Origin: Massalongia carnosa
Taxonomy: Eukaryota
Length of the DNA: 64,000 bases
Assembly (NCBI GenBank): GCA_965645245.1
Contig: OZ287068.1
Location: 1 to 64,000, forward strand
Reading direction: 5' to 3'
Below are positions 11,601 to 23,117 of the stretch, piece by piece (positions within the stretch are counted from its first letter, which is position 1; every line of letters begins with the position of its first letter). Below the pieces are notes generated by a model. It searched no databases. It was given only the letters and a program-made list of their open reading frames with translations, and had not been told where the DNA came from. The translations under genes and the position numbers were made by a program.

Positions 11601-12887
11601 TCCCCTAAGAATTCCGGTAGCGACCAAAGTACCATCCCTGAAAATCTCGACACCTCTCCGGTTAAATGAAACGTTCAAACCCTTCCGATTAAGGGCTGCA
11701 ATTGATAGCAAGTTGACGTCTAGTTCAGGCACGAATAGAACGTTTGTCATCCGGATATTTTTCCCATCGATATTGGTGCAAATCGTACCTACTCCTACGG
11801 AGAAGAGTTTTTCGCCGTTTGCAATTCTAATGGTGGTCCGGTATGGCTTGATTTGGGTGAAGATCGATTTGTTGTATGTCATATGCCTGGAGGCTCCTGA
11901 GTCGATTACCCATCCAGGTGAGTGTTGATTATCTTGCGCCATCCACGCACTATTCTCACTATCACTATTCGATTCATCCTTTGCTGCTCGTGCTGCCCTC
12001 CTTCCTCTCGGTTTGTTTTTGGACTGCTTGTTATCACTCTTTGGTTTTCGGTTATTTTCTGGTCTAGGTTTCACCTCATTAGGGTGTTCTTTGACCCATT
12101 TTTTACCTTCATCTGTGTTGTCCTGCCAGTCCCAGCAATCATTGCTATTATGCCTCTTTGGGCAATGTGAGCATTTGGGGATTGCCTTACCCTTGTTAAT
12201 GGCCTTATTGGCCGTCTCGGTCTCTTGCCCATCTTTTAGTCGTTGCTCCACCCGTTTTAGGCTTTCCAGAGTCTTTTCTAATGTGGGATCACCAAGGTCT
12301 TCAAGGATGAACTTCGCGGTGTCATAAGCTGGGTCCTTAATGGCGTTCATGAGGGTCATGGCCACAGACAGATCTGATGGCTGTTCTGAAGTCTTTATAT
12401 CTGCGATTTCCATCGCAAGGTTCTGCAATTCATTGGCGACCTCATCGATGGGTTGATCGACTGACATTTCATATGTATAGAATTTTCTGTGAAGCACACA
12501 TATTCTGCTTTTGGCTTTGACTCCATGGACGTTCCTCAATGCTGCCCAAACATCCTTTGCGCTCTCCTTGTTCCTAACAGTGACATATTGAGACTTTTCT
12601 ATATTGCCCCTGATCCAGAGCTGTGCCTGAGTGTCATCAGTAAACCATTCCTCATAGTCTTTTGGATGGGTGACAGGGTCTGGAGAAGATATGGCCCCGT
12701 TTACTATCCTCTACATCCTTTTAGATTTGAGAAGAAGTTGCATGTCATCGGCCCAGGTCAGATAGTTGTTGGACCCAAGCTTCGGCTCTACTTTATAGTC
12801 TCCTTTTCGAATGGCTTTTGAATATGATCCATCAGGGGTTGTGCCCTCTTTCGCGGGAGCTGCGGAATCGCTCTATTTTCCAGACAT
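8602..12887 (-). pseudogene. Copia gag-pol polyprotein (disrupted)
   Basis: Zn knuckle CSHCPKRHNSNDC, protease WVIDSGASRHM, LWHTRLGH, integrase HTDVWGP/QNGVAER, RT YKARLVARGF and RNase H YADAAY. Stop at 10818, frameshift near 9590, and YVDD changed to YVYD. Confidence 0.9.
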
Positions 12888-13513
12888 GGTCCAATAATAG
12901 GAAAACTGATGGATGATACGAAGAGAATTATGGCTTCGTAACTTTGAAAAACAACAGAATAGATAGATTAATTTATGCGCAAGAAAAAATTGCTTTCCGG
13001 GCTCATAACCTATTGTAATAGAAGCTCTGCTGGCATAGTAAAAAGCTCACTTTTGAAACGATTGATATTTCTATCTACCTATCTAAGGACCGTGTTTATA
13101 TAGATAGAAAAACATGCCGAAAACCGTTCTCCCTATGACTCACCTTCCTGCTTCCTAGAAATCTAAGATTGGTAATTGACTCATATCCAATTTATGACTC
13201 GATGGGAATGTTCATAGAAGTTTTGCGGTGCTTCTCGAGGTCGTTATGTGTTGCCTAATGTTCTTACCAACGCACTAATCCCAATGCGGTACTATGTGAC
13301 TCTGAACACTTTACTAGGCATCAGCCGGGTGACTTTGCACATTACAACACCAGGGTAATCTAAGACCTATATAGGTAGGAAGGTGTGTTACATATGGTTG
13401 TTACCTACTGATGCCGCGTGTGTTTTTGTTTTTAATCATCTAAATTATCATCTCTATCTAAAAGCAATGTGTGGGGCGGCACCCTAGATTACTCCCAAAA
13501 ATTAAATGCAAGA

Positions 13514-13597
13514 AGGAAAAGGAAAAGGAAAGGAAAGGAAAGGAAAAGGAAAAGGAAAAGGAAAAGGAAAAGGAAAAGGAAAAGGAAAAGGAAAAGG
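13514..13597 (+). repeat. (GGAAAA/GGAAA)n purine microsatellite
   Basis: Direct reading. Confidence 0.9.
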
Positions 13598-14300
13598 TAT
13601 TACAAATAGTATAAACGTACTATAAAAAGGGTATATAATCCGTGTCCGTGAACGTGCCAAAGTGGTGTCCGTGTGCGTGTCCGTGTGCGTGTCCGTGTTC
13701 GTATACGTGGACGTAAATAAAAGCTATAATAAGCAATCGTTGAGGACTGAGGAATCTAGAACCGGATTTTCCCCACAACAAAGCTATTATTCAAGCTCTG
13801 AGACCGATTTGCTGCCAGCGTCACCACTAGCCGCATTCCGGCAAAGGTATAGAATAACGCCGGAAACAGGGAATGAACCTATACCTATAAAATTACGGCA
13901 GACCTGGGAACCTACTCTTATATCATCTAGCCCTGTGATTTCCGGCGCAAGTATTACCGCTCAAAATACTGAGGACAGGTCTGCGCTTTCGTCTCAGCCT
14001 GTTGTTGAACCTATTTTAGAGCCGGTTGATCACCAACTTTTCCGCTTTCCACCCGGCTCTATGACCCTTATCGGTGCCGTTACCTTCGCTTGCGCTGGGG
14101 GGGGCTTTTAATTGGATGAATTGATTTGAATGCTTGAATTTGATTGGGCATGGGAACGACACAGGTCAGCCCGGGCAGGCCTAGGCACGTGACTCGGGGT
14201 CGGTGCTGAGGTGAGAACCTCATCTTCTAGGCCCGAGGCGTCTGCTGACGCTCAACGATCCGATAGATGATGCCCGACGGCAGTGCCCGACGGGGATGAT

Positions 14301-15464
14301 CTAGATGGAGGTGCCCGGCGGCGCTCCGGATCGATGCCCTGGTTGACCTGTACGCCCAATGGAATGCCCAATTGAGTAGGGGTAGGAGTTTGTAGGATTT
14401 GTCTCGGCGACGACAGCACGTGGGATTGCCAGAGGGATGCCTTTTTGAAAACTGAGGTTCAAATTGAATAGTGAGGCCTGGGACGTCTGAAAGTATAGCT
14501 GAAACGCGTTTGATGACCATCTTCCGAGTCTCTGAATACTCTCATCCAGCATCCCGTGGTCGGCGGCGTGTAGTGCTGCTCCTTTTCTGAAGCTGTGTCC
14601 CGAGTATGCCGAGTCGTTGATGGCGGCGGCTATCAGTCTCTTTTTCAGGGATGCTATGACGGAGGCTCTGGTGAATGCGGTGCCGAGACGAAAAAGCGGG
14701 GATGTAGATGGCTGAGGATCATTTCTGAAAAGACGCCGTAGTGCTGTCACGGGGCAAGTGCTCTCATTGGTCGCTGCCAGCACTATCTGAACTCCCGAGT
14801 GATTTGTGTCTGTTTTGCTTCTTTTGAGACGTAATGTCGCGTATTGATCGTTCTCGGCGAATGAGATGTCACCTCGTGTAGGTTTCGATCTCTGAAAAGA
14901 TGTCTTCTTACGATCGGCGAGAGTGTAGGTGATTTCCCCGAGTCTGAGGAACCCTGCCCATGCAACTTTGAATGTCGCGTCGATGTTGAGGTCTTCGGCC
15001 GAATGAGCGGGAATACTGGTGATTTTTGTCAGTAATTCTTTTGAAATAGGTAGGCGTCTTCTTTTTGTCTGAGAAAAGATCCTTTTTCCCCCTTTCAGCA
15101 TCAATTGAAGTCTCGGCCCCTCGAATGGAGTGAGGCCGTATCCTCGGTCTACATGGTATGATCTGAGGCCGGCGAGGTAGCTCGCTGCCGTCTCTGGTTT
15201 TATCTTTCCCTGCTTGGGTGTGCCGCCCCCGTATAGTCGACCGGCTAGCCATTCCTCGAGGGACTCGGTTGTTGCAGGCCACGACGTGCGTCCCGTCGTC
15301 GCGCAGAATGCCTCGTATGAGTCGATCGCCGTCCCGTACCCTTTTCTCGTGTCCGCCGAGTGTCCGTGCCAGACGAGGCGTTTTACCAGGGCTGACCCTG
15401 GTGTGGAGGATAGGTAGGTGGAGGGAGGTTCATCGAATTGTATGGGTTCTGCCAATGAGGGCAA
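14301..15464 (-). CDS. Tyrosine recombinase of DIRS/Ngaro element
   Basis: Catalytic set intact: FLRLGE (R), KRSKTD (K), GHSFRKG (HxxR), LGRW and FQLY (Y). Confidence 0.92.
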   Translation of the reverse strand: MPSLAEPIQFDEPPSTYLSSTPGSALVKRLVWHGHSADTRKGYGTAIDSYEAFCATTGRTSWPATTESLEEWLAGRLYGGGTPKQGKIKPETAASYLAGLRSYHVDRGYGLTPFEGPRLQLMLKGGKRIFSQTKRRRLPISKELLTKITSIPAHSAEDLNIDATFKVAWAGFLRLGEITYTLADRKKTSFQRSKPTRGDISFAENDQYATLRLKRSKTDTNHSGVQIVLAATNESTCPVTALRRLFRNDPQPSTSPLFRLGTAFTRASVIASLKKRLIAAAINDSAYSGHSFRKGAALHAADHGMLDESIQRLGRWSSNAFQLYFQTSQASLFNLNLSFQKGIPLAIPRAVVAETNPTNSYPYSIGHSIGRTGQPGHRSGAPPGTSI

Positions 15465-17086
15465 AAGTTAGCCAATCTTTCATCATCAAAACGTGACAGG
15501 GCATCTGCTAGTCTATTGGAAGTGCCACTGATCCATTGACAACGTAGTACGATGTCCCACTTTGCAGCTATGGACAGTATTTCTCGTAGAGGCGCGTTGG
15601 CCGGTCCCTTGAGGGTTAGATTCGTGAATCCTGTGTATGCTGTGTTGCTGTCGGTAAAGACAAGGATCTGTCGATGTCGCCATGGCGGCGCCCATTTCTG
15701 AAGGATTAGAAGGATAGCCTCAACTTCTCGGACGTTTATGCTCGGTGATTCTTCCTGATTGAGGACTAGGGCTCGGGCCCTACATGCGATTTTTTGATTC
15801 ACGAGCTCGTTGTCTTGTTGAAAATAGCCTCCGAGACCCGTGAGGCATGCATCCGTATGCACCTTGATCGTGTCTCGTGTTGACGTCTCGAAGAAGACAA
15901 TACCGTTGAAGTCCACTAAAAGTTTGTTCCACCAGATGAGATCCTGTCTGACCCATGTGGGAATTCTTCTTTTGACCCGACGATGACTGCCCGAGGGAAA
16001 TGAGGCTATAAAATTCCAGAATAATCGTAAGAAGACTCGGCCCAATTTGACTGCCTGTGCGCAGAAGCTTAGGAAGCCCGCTATTGACTGCATGTCGCCG
16101 AGGCTGATTGTCGTCTCGTTTAGTGCCTTTGTAGTGATGATTCTCGCTTTTTCCAGCTTGTCCGCTGGCAGACGAATAAGACTGTTGATGGTGTCGACCT
16201 CGAGTCCGAAGACTGTCGCTGTCGTTCCCTCGGCGTCTTTTGAGTCGTTTCTCGGGATGCCGAGAATGTCGGTGAGAATGTTGTAGGCTTTTGTTTCTTG
16301 GTGCAATCGTTCTGACGATGTCTCGGATGGGAAAATTGCAACGAAGTCGTCTAGATAGTGATGTAATCTCCATTGTAGAAAGGATTCCAAAATCCAATGA
16401 AAGCCTTCCGCAAAAAGATTGAAGATAAACGGGGCCGTCGACAGTCGGAACGAAAGGCATGTCTCGGTGTAGAATTCGTCATTCCATCCGAAACCCAGAA
16501 GCCATTGATGATGAGGTGCGACGGGAACGTTTCGAAAGGCGTCTTTGACGTCTCTTTTCACTATGACAGCACCTTTGCCCTCTGACAGAATCAATTGAAT
16601 AATGTCGTCGAGTCTGGCGTATTGTAATTTGGATGCCTCTTCTGGAATGTTGTCGTTGACTGATGTTTGATTGGGATGAGACAGATGATGAATGCGTCGC
16701 CATCCTCCGTCATGTTTCGGGACCAAGCCGAGGGGGGAGGCCACAAATGGCTGACTCGGGGCGGCTATTCGTCTGACTCGGCCCTTCCTGAGGTCCTCTT
16801 GAAGCTTATTCTCGATCGTTTCCGGGTCCTCATTCGCTGATGTCAGATTTTTTTCGATCCGAAGGATGTCTGTGGGGCCTTCGTATCCGATTTGTACTCC
16901 GAAACGAAGGATCATGGGCAGATGGACTCGGAGGGGGCCCGGATACTCTTGAAGTAGGGTTGCCCATGCGGACGGTACGAGGGGAGATGGGCTGTCTTTC
17001 AAACGCTGACGAGATGCGTCTACGAGTTGAAACGAAGGGATTGTATTTGGTCTGATTGGTGCAGGTAAGCAGGGATGGGACGTCAT
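15383..17086 (-). CDS. Reverse transcriptase / RNase H (DIRS-type)
   Basis: LGLVPKHDGGWRRIHHLS, DVKDAFR, HYLDDF, VHTDAC, INVRE, FTDS and NRLADALSR motifs. Confidence 0.92.
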   Translation of the reverse strand: MTSHPCLPAPIRPNTIPSFQLVDASRQRLKDSPSPLVPSAWATLLQEYPGPLRVHLPMILRFGVQIGYEGPTDILRIEKNLTSANEDPETIENKLQEDLRKGRVRRIAAPSQPFVASPLGLVPKHDGGWRRIHHLSHPNQTSVNDNIPEEASKLQYARLDDIIQLILSEGKGAVIVKRDVKDAFRNVPVAPHHQWLLGFGWNDEFYTETCLSFRLSTAPFIFNLFAEGFHWILESFLQWRLHHYLDDFVAIFPSETSSERLHQETKAYNILTDILGIPRNDSKDAEGTTATVFGLEVDTINSLIRLPADKLEKARIITTKALNETTISLGDMQSIAGFLSFCAQAVKLGRVFLRLFWNFIASFPSGSHRRVKRRIPTWVRQDLIWWNKLLVDFNGIVFFETSTRDTIKVHTDACLTGLGGYFQQDNELVNQKIACRARALVLNQEESPSINVREVEAILLILQKWAPPWRHRQILVFTDSNTAYTGFTNLTLKGPANAPLREILSIAAKWDIVLRCQWISGTSNRLADALSRFDDERLANFCPHWQNPYNSMNLPPPTYPPHQGQPW

Positions 17087-17131
17087 GAATTCAGCTATTG
17101 AAGCTATTCTACTGCCTCCTGCACCAACCCC

Positions 17132-18168
17132 CTATTTCTTCGTTAGGCATGTCTTCTGGCCATGCCCAGCCGCGCCGCACGATTTGCATTTGTGCTGTCG
17201 GTAGCACGACGGCCAGGTGCAGGTGCCGCTGTTGTACTTGTCGCAGATTTCCCCCGCTGCCTTCTCGGCCCTCTCGGCCCTGTCTCCTCTCGGGTCGGTC
17301 GTCGGGACGGCGGGGATCGTGAGCGGCGACGGCGTAGGACTGTGAGGGGGGTGCAGAATCGAGCTTGGAATTCGTCGGGCATTTTCCATTGGGATGCGTC
17401 GGATGGCTGAGACGCGATGATGTGGGTGTGGGTTTCGATGGCGAGGGGGAGGACTGCTTCCTGCCACTCGTACACCTTGGCCAGCGTGAGGATTTTTCCG
17501 TGGAATGCCGACATGGTGGCGTGAAGCTGTTGACTCGATTTCCCGAAAAGACTGACCATGATCGAGGTATAGTTGATGAAGCTCTCGGTCCAGACGTCAT
17601 GAACTGTCTTTCCGAAATCTTTGTAGGTCCCGGATGCCTTTCTCAACCTCAAGGCGCCGTCTTCAATGCCGATGCGGTCTTGATCCTTGTATGACTCGTA
17701 TTGCATGCCGTGCATGTGTCGGAGGCGGGAGAGGTTGATAGCTTTGAATTTATTTGAAAAGATCTTGATGATCTCGTCCTGTGGTAGGCCCGCGAAACGG
17801 GGTGCTATGCTTCTTACTTCGAAAGGGATCTCACCTAGGTCCTCGTCGTCATCGCCGACGACACGACTCGGCTTGCCAGCAGGAATGACGGCCGCTATTT
17901 GGGCGTCAGATTCTCGGCGCATGCAGTCGATTTCTAGCTGCATTTTTTCCACCTCCTTCTCGGCGACCAATGCCTTGGACTCGGCAATTCTAGCCTCAGC
18001 CTCGGCCGCCTTCGCTTCCGCCTCGGCTTTCTTCTTTTGTAGGGCGATGATTTGATTGGATTGGGCCTGCGTCAATCCGACAATCTCCTGGGGGTCGGGG
18101 ACTATGTCGTCCATCAAGGTGCTTTGGGAACGGGTGTTCGTCATTGGGAGGTAGGGGCACCGAGACAA
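17132..18168 (-). CDS. Gag-like ORF1 with coiled coil and C-terminal Zn fingers (frame shift near 17290)
   Basis: Coiled-coil N-terminus in 17143..18168; CDKYNSGTCTWPSCYRQHKCKSCGAAGHGQKTC in the overlapping frame 17132..17467. Confidence 0.75.
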
Positions 18169-18270
18169 CGTGAGGTCGACGACGAGTCAGTGAGATTGGA
18201 AAAGCAGCAAGCACTGACAGCGAGGTAGGGGCACCGAGACAACGTGGGGTCGACGACGAGTCAGTGAGAT
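18148..18270. repeat. 49-bp direct repeat pair at the 5' end of the YR retrotransposon
   Basis: GAGGTAGGGGCACCGAGACAACGTG(A/G)GGTCGACGACGAGTCAGTGAGAT at 18148-18196 and 18222-18270. Confidence 0.9.
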
Positions 18271-21200
18271 GGATGAGGCCGAGTGAGAAGAAGTGAATGA
18301 GGAAAGAATTTTCAGAGGGTGATTTTTAATTTACTTTGACTCAGGGGCCTCACGTGACATAGAACCATCTCATATATTGTACCTGTTAGAATGTATGTAC
18401 AAATCAGGCTACTTCATTTCAGCCGCAAATGGCTAGACGTATCGCTAGTCTAATAATACTAGGATACCGTACATTGTCTATAAATCTAGCTATTCCCACT
18501 ATATAGAACAAAAGCAAGCGTTCTATCTTCTATCTACTATACTCCCTTTTGATGTAGCGACACTTATCCGTTCTCTCTTCTCACTCCCTCCCGTTGTTCC
18601 AACTCCTAGATTTGCCGACGAAAAAAAACTTACTAGATTTCGTCGCGGGGGCGTTGATTTGCTGCATGCGGCCGCACATCAATCTATTGATTTTCATAAA
18701 TCAATAGAAAATGTGCATAGAAGGGAGGGATACGCTCGTGAATTCGCCAAATTCACTGCTATTTTCAATTAAAAATGACAGGATAAGGAGCTGGCGAAGC
18801 CAAATATCCCTACAACTTTCCCCGACGAAACCCGACCGAAGGACAACCTCATGTATAAAAAGAGTAGGAGTCGCGGGCGGGCTTACACTGACCGTGAGGC
18901 AGCTGAGGCAGATGAAGCTAAGCAGCGACGTGCTAAACGTAAGGACTCGATTGAAGAAGGGAGGAGAAGAAGGCATGAGGATGAATTGCGGGCAGGCGGT
19001 GAAGACAAGGATTTGATTGATGATAAAAAACTCACGATATCAGCAAATCGATCGATATCGCGCGGCTAATATTCGGTATAGGTTCCGGAGATGCTATCAT
19101 CGTATCTGACGACGATGACCTGTAATATATAGCAACTCAGCCTACCCCGATCCTCCACTCTCTCTGAATGAGAATGATGATTTTATCCCTTCATCCCCGG
19201 CATCTTCTTCCGATTCATTTGTAGATATTGATGAAGTGCTGGCGAAACATAGCCAAAAGGCTCTTTCCCAGACGGTTCCCTCTCTAAAAGCTCCTTCCCT
19301 TTATAGCCTCAGTAAAAAAAACATCCGCGCTAGCCAGCTACCATCCACATCGTCTGTAACAACAACACGAGGGTCACCGGGTGTGGTAGCCAAAAAATCG
19401 AAGGCTCAGTTGGAGTTGGAGTCTCAGCATAGGGCCGACCAAGCGGCCAAAGAAGCAAGGGCTGAGGAGAGGAAAAACGCAGCTGCAAGAAAGGTTGCTA
19501 AGACTATGAAGCCTAGAAAGGATGATGTTTCGCAATTGAGTGATGCATTTTTGGAATTGAGATCATCGCAATGAGTGGTAGGAGTAGTAGTAATAATAGT
19601 AGTATGAATAGATGAGGATTTTTCAGAATGCGGGGCTAAGCTAAATCAGCTCGAGGAGACGGTGGACGTGCACATATTTAGTATGGGAAGGTGGCTTGTA
19701 GCTAGTCCTAATTTGCAATGATTTTCGCTGGGGGACTGACTGTCCCGAGTTTTCAATAAGGCACGGTAGTCGAATTCCTGGGCATCGAGCTGGACACACA
19801 CCTCATGCAGGCACGACTACCGGCCGAAAAGCTTCAGAAAGCTAAGGATCTCGTCCGAGCAACATTGAATAAATACACGATAACCAGAAACAAGCTAGAC
19901 ACTCTTGCTGGGATTTCTGGGCTTTGCAGCCAAAGTGGTGGTGCCGGAAAGAACTTTTCTCCGACGCCTTTTCAACTGCAAAATCGGGCCCGCGCGCCCA
20001 TTTATGCATAACAATTCGCACATAAAAGCTTATCTTTTATGGTGGCATTATTTTCTTCCATTATGGAACGGCATACACATTATTAGCCCTTCGAGATCCC
20101 TGCTCCGTCTCTGGACGGATGCCAGTGGGGACTTCGGAATCGGGGCATACATACTCTTAGGTGGTCAGACCACACACACACTGCCCGCTGAGCAAGTAAT
20201 GTCTGATCGATACACCACTAGGCTCAGAACCAAACATATCAATGAGAAGGAGATGACAGCGATCCTGCACGCCATACAGCGGTGGCTCCCCCTGTGCAAG
20301 GGAGCCCATCTTCTTCTTTATTGCGATAGCTTCGCTGTAATGTCCGGGTTCAAAAAGACCTCCATTCGTGGAGGGGCCATGCACCCTCTTCGGAATATCG
20401 CCATGATGGCGGCTGTAAATGACATTGAAATCGAGCCACACCGGCTGTCGACCAAAGAAAACTTCTTAGTAGATTTGTTGTCCCGAGGACTATTTGGGAA
20501 AATCGCTGACAATTACCCCAAACTGCAGGGCATTTAATCGGACAAATAACGGCAACACACGCCCGCGACCCTCCAGAAACATGGTACTATGAGGTCCCGC
20601 TAGATCGTCGGGCAGCCAGATATCTATGGTGGGGCATAGCATTAGGACTCGAGGACTATATGATACAGCCCGGAAAAGCTACACGACCCACTGTCAGCTG
20701 GCGACGAATTTTTCCCCCTTCCCAGCAACAATTTGAAGTCTTTCAGCGTGGATAGCTGCTCTAGGCCAACGGGGACTCCATCCCAAAACTATCAAAACTA
20801 TCTAGCTGGGGTGCGATCAAGTCAATGGACATGGGCCTAGGGGACCTGGAGGTTTCCATCATCCAGTCCTAGACAGGATAATAGCAGGAATAAAACGGAT
20901 GCACGGTGAACCCGAAAAACGAGAAAAACTACTAATCACAGGCGACGTTCTGATAAAATTGCTACGAAAAGTAGACACTACTAACGAGGTCCAAGCAACA
21001 CTCCACGCGGCATATAGCATCGCATTTGCCGCCTTCTTAAGAGCGGGAGAATTTACTTACAAACAAGGAGACATGCAAGACCCCAGCTTCGATTCATGGT
21101 ATTTAACCAGGAAATCCGTGGACCTACGAGAACATCGAATGATTCTCTCCTTACCATCATCGAAAACGGACCCTTTTCGAAGAGGTAGAAAAATTTACAT

Positions 21201-21878
21201 CGCAGCAACAAACGACGAAGCATGCTCGGTCGCCTCCACCCGGAACTTTTTTACCCGATTCCCGAAATCAGCATCGTCTCCGCTGTTCCAGGTTCAAAAT
21301 AAGGCCTTCACCTATGATTATTTGGTGCAGGCCCTACGAAACGGTCTCCGGGCGCTTGGAGTTCGAGGTAATTGTCACGGAATCGCTTCGCACCCTCCCG
21401 CTTGTCCTGATCGGGTTAGTATTTAACAGGGCCCATTGCTGTCATCCATCGTGCTCAGGCGTTCTTCTGCCGCCCTCAGCGCACTATCAATCTCCTACAA
21501 TCCGCATCCAATCTCAACGTCTCCACTATCCAGGCTTATGACTGAGAGTGCTTCAGCACAGATAAAGGCGGGATAGGTCAAAGCAATCATGTTAAGGAAA
21601 TTAGTACAGGAACAGAGACGGGGCAAGTCGAGAATAGGAGAGTTGAAAGCCATGGCTATAAAGTCTATGTGGTTTCCCAGGTGTTTAGAGCTCTTCATCG
21701 GACGTCTTGTGTATTATTCTCTACTTCTAGTTTTAGCATATCTATATATCCGTTCTGCAAGATAGAGTCTTGTATCTCTCCAGCCCTCCCCTGACATTAC
21801 GTCCGATCTATATTTTTGTGTTTTTCAAAGCACTATTCTTCCTTTCTCTTTTCGTTTTTTGCCTATAGATAATCAGTC

Positions 21879-23117
21879 ATGTCAAACCAAGATCAAGGAC
21901 AACCTATGCCCGAGCAGCCCATTGAAAGCACAGATGCACAGCTTGCCTACGTGCAGGCCAACCCCCTTCCATTCCTTCAAGAAATGGAGAGATTGCAAAA
22001 CCAAATAGCAAAATTGGAACAGGAAGCCCAAGCACGACAAGCCTCCACCATTGTTACACCACCTTCCACGTCTTCCCCTTCTTCCTCTCTCAGTCCCGAG
22101 TTCCTTACTTCGATCGTGGCCGCCGTAACAGCTGCTATGTCCAAGAACCTCTCCACAGACAAACCGGCCAAGTCAGAAAAGCTGCCGGACATTGCCGAAT
22201 ACGACGGCAACATGGACAATCTCGATTCATGGGAACAGAGTCTGATACAGAGGATGCATGTGAACCATGACCGCTATCCTACAGAGAACGAAAAGATAAC
22301 TTATGCCGAATCCCGACTTACCATCGGAAAAAAAGCACACAACTTGATGAACAGGTATAGAAAGGATAGCTTGTGCGCGCTGACAAGTCTAAAAGATTGG
22401 CGAATGAAATTGCGCCAGGCATGTGGCAATCGCTTTGAGGAAGAAGACGCACGCACCTATCTTCGTGACACCCTCAAACAGGGTACGCTAAGTTTCGAAG
22501 AATACTATAACCTCTTCACACAGAAGAAAGAACGATCGGGAATGGAAGATGCCTCTCTAATCGACGCCATGCGATCAAATGTCAACTACGCCACACAGGC
22601 AGCCGCAATCTCGTGGCGAAAAACCGATGGGTCCAGGCCCGTTACGTTTGACGATCATGTGCAGATGTGGTCCGATACCGACTGGGACCTGAGGCAGTTA
22701 AAACATCGCCATTCTCGCACCACCCCTGCTGCCAATGCCAGCAATTCTCCGACCACTAGACGAGGAAACGCACCTGCCACGACCAGCACCTCCAACACGA
22801 CCACACGCATCACCCCGGCCGTCACCACACCTGCTGCCCCTGTCGCCGCTGCCGGCGGCGATCCCATGGATCTGAGTTCAGCAATGGCCGCCGTTCGAGG
22901 TCATAAGTTGACGGATCCAGGAGTCCGTAAGATCTGTGATGACTGGAAGCTATGCTTCTATTGTCGACGTCAACATCCGGGTACCATTGGTGACTGCCCG
23001 AATCGAAAGACAACCGCGGTTCGCTCCCTTGTCCTATATGAGGGATCATCAAATGCACAATCAACGCCGATATCAACGTCACAGATATCTAAGGTCCAGG
23101 AGGTAGAAAAAGCTTAG
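21879..23117 (+). CDS. Gypsy Gag
   Basis: SEKLPD, LKQG, DPMDLS and knuckle CFYCRRQHPGTIGDC. Confidence 0.92.
   Translation: MSNQDQGQPMPEQPIESTDAQLAYVQANPLPFLQEMERLQNQIAKLEQEAQARQASTIVTPPSTSSPSSSLSPEFLTSIVAAVTAAMSKNLSTDKPAKSEKLPDIAEYDGNMDNLDSWEQSLIQRMHVNHDRYPTENEKITYAESRLTIGKKAHNLMNRYRKDSLCALTSLKDWRMKLRQACGNRFEEEDARTYLRDTLKQGTLSFEEYYNLFTQKKERSGMEDASLIDAMRSNVNYATQAAAISWRKTDGSRPVTFDDHVQMWSDTDWDLRQLKHRHSRTTPAANASNSPTTRRGNAPATTSTSNTTTRITPAVTTPAAPVAAAGGDPMDLSSAMAAVRGHKLTDPGVRKICDDWKLCFYCRRQHPGTIGDCPNRKTTAVRSLVLYEGSSNAQSTPISTSQISKVQEVEKA

Larger units (their letters stand above)
7805..13349 (-). mobile_element. Ty1/Copia LTR retrotransposon, full length but inactivated
   Basis: LTRs 13011-13349 (5') and 7805-8483 (3', split by a solo LTR), with termini TGTTGTAAT...ATTACAATA. 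PBS GGTTATGAGCCC at about 12999-13010, PPT GCAGTGGGAG at 8484-8493, near-TSD CCAGT/CCAGG. Domain order gag-PR-IN-RT-RH. Confidence 0.93.
14110..18350 (-). mobile_element. Tyrosine-recombinase retrotransposon (DIRS/Ngaro group), near intact; boundaries approximate
   Basis: Three ORFs in order gag, RT/RNase H, tyrosine recombinase, with the YR overlapping the RT/RH end. No integrase and no LTRs. Confidence 0.88.

Noticed and set aside
14301..15464. Phage integrase or Starship captain
   Set aside because: It overlaps a DIRS-type RT/RNase H ORF. None of the three recombinases in the window heads a large cargo region, and I recognised no DUF3435 features.
18700..19600. Short charged ORFs (18851..19069, 19236..19574)
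   Set aside because: Low complexity with no recognisable motif; cannot be supported as genes.
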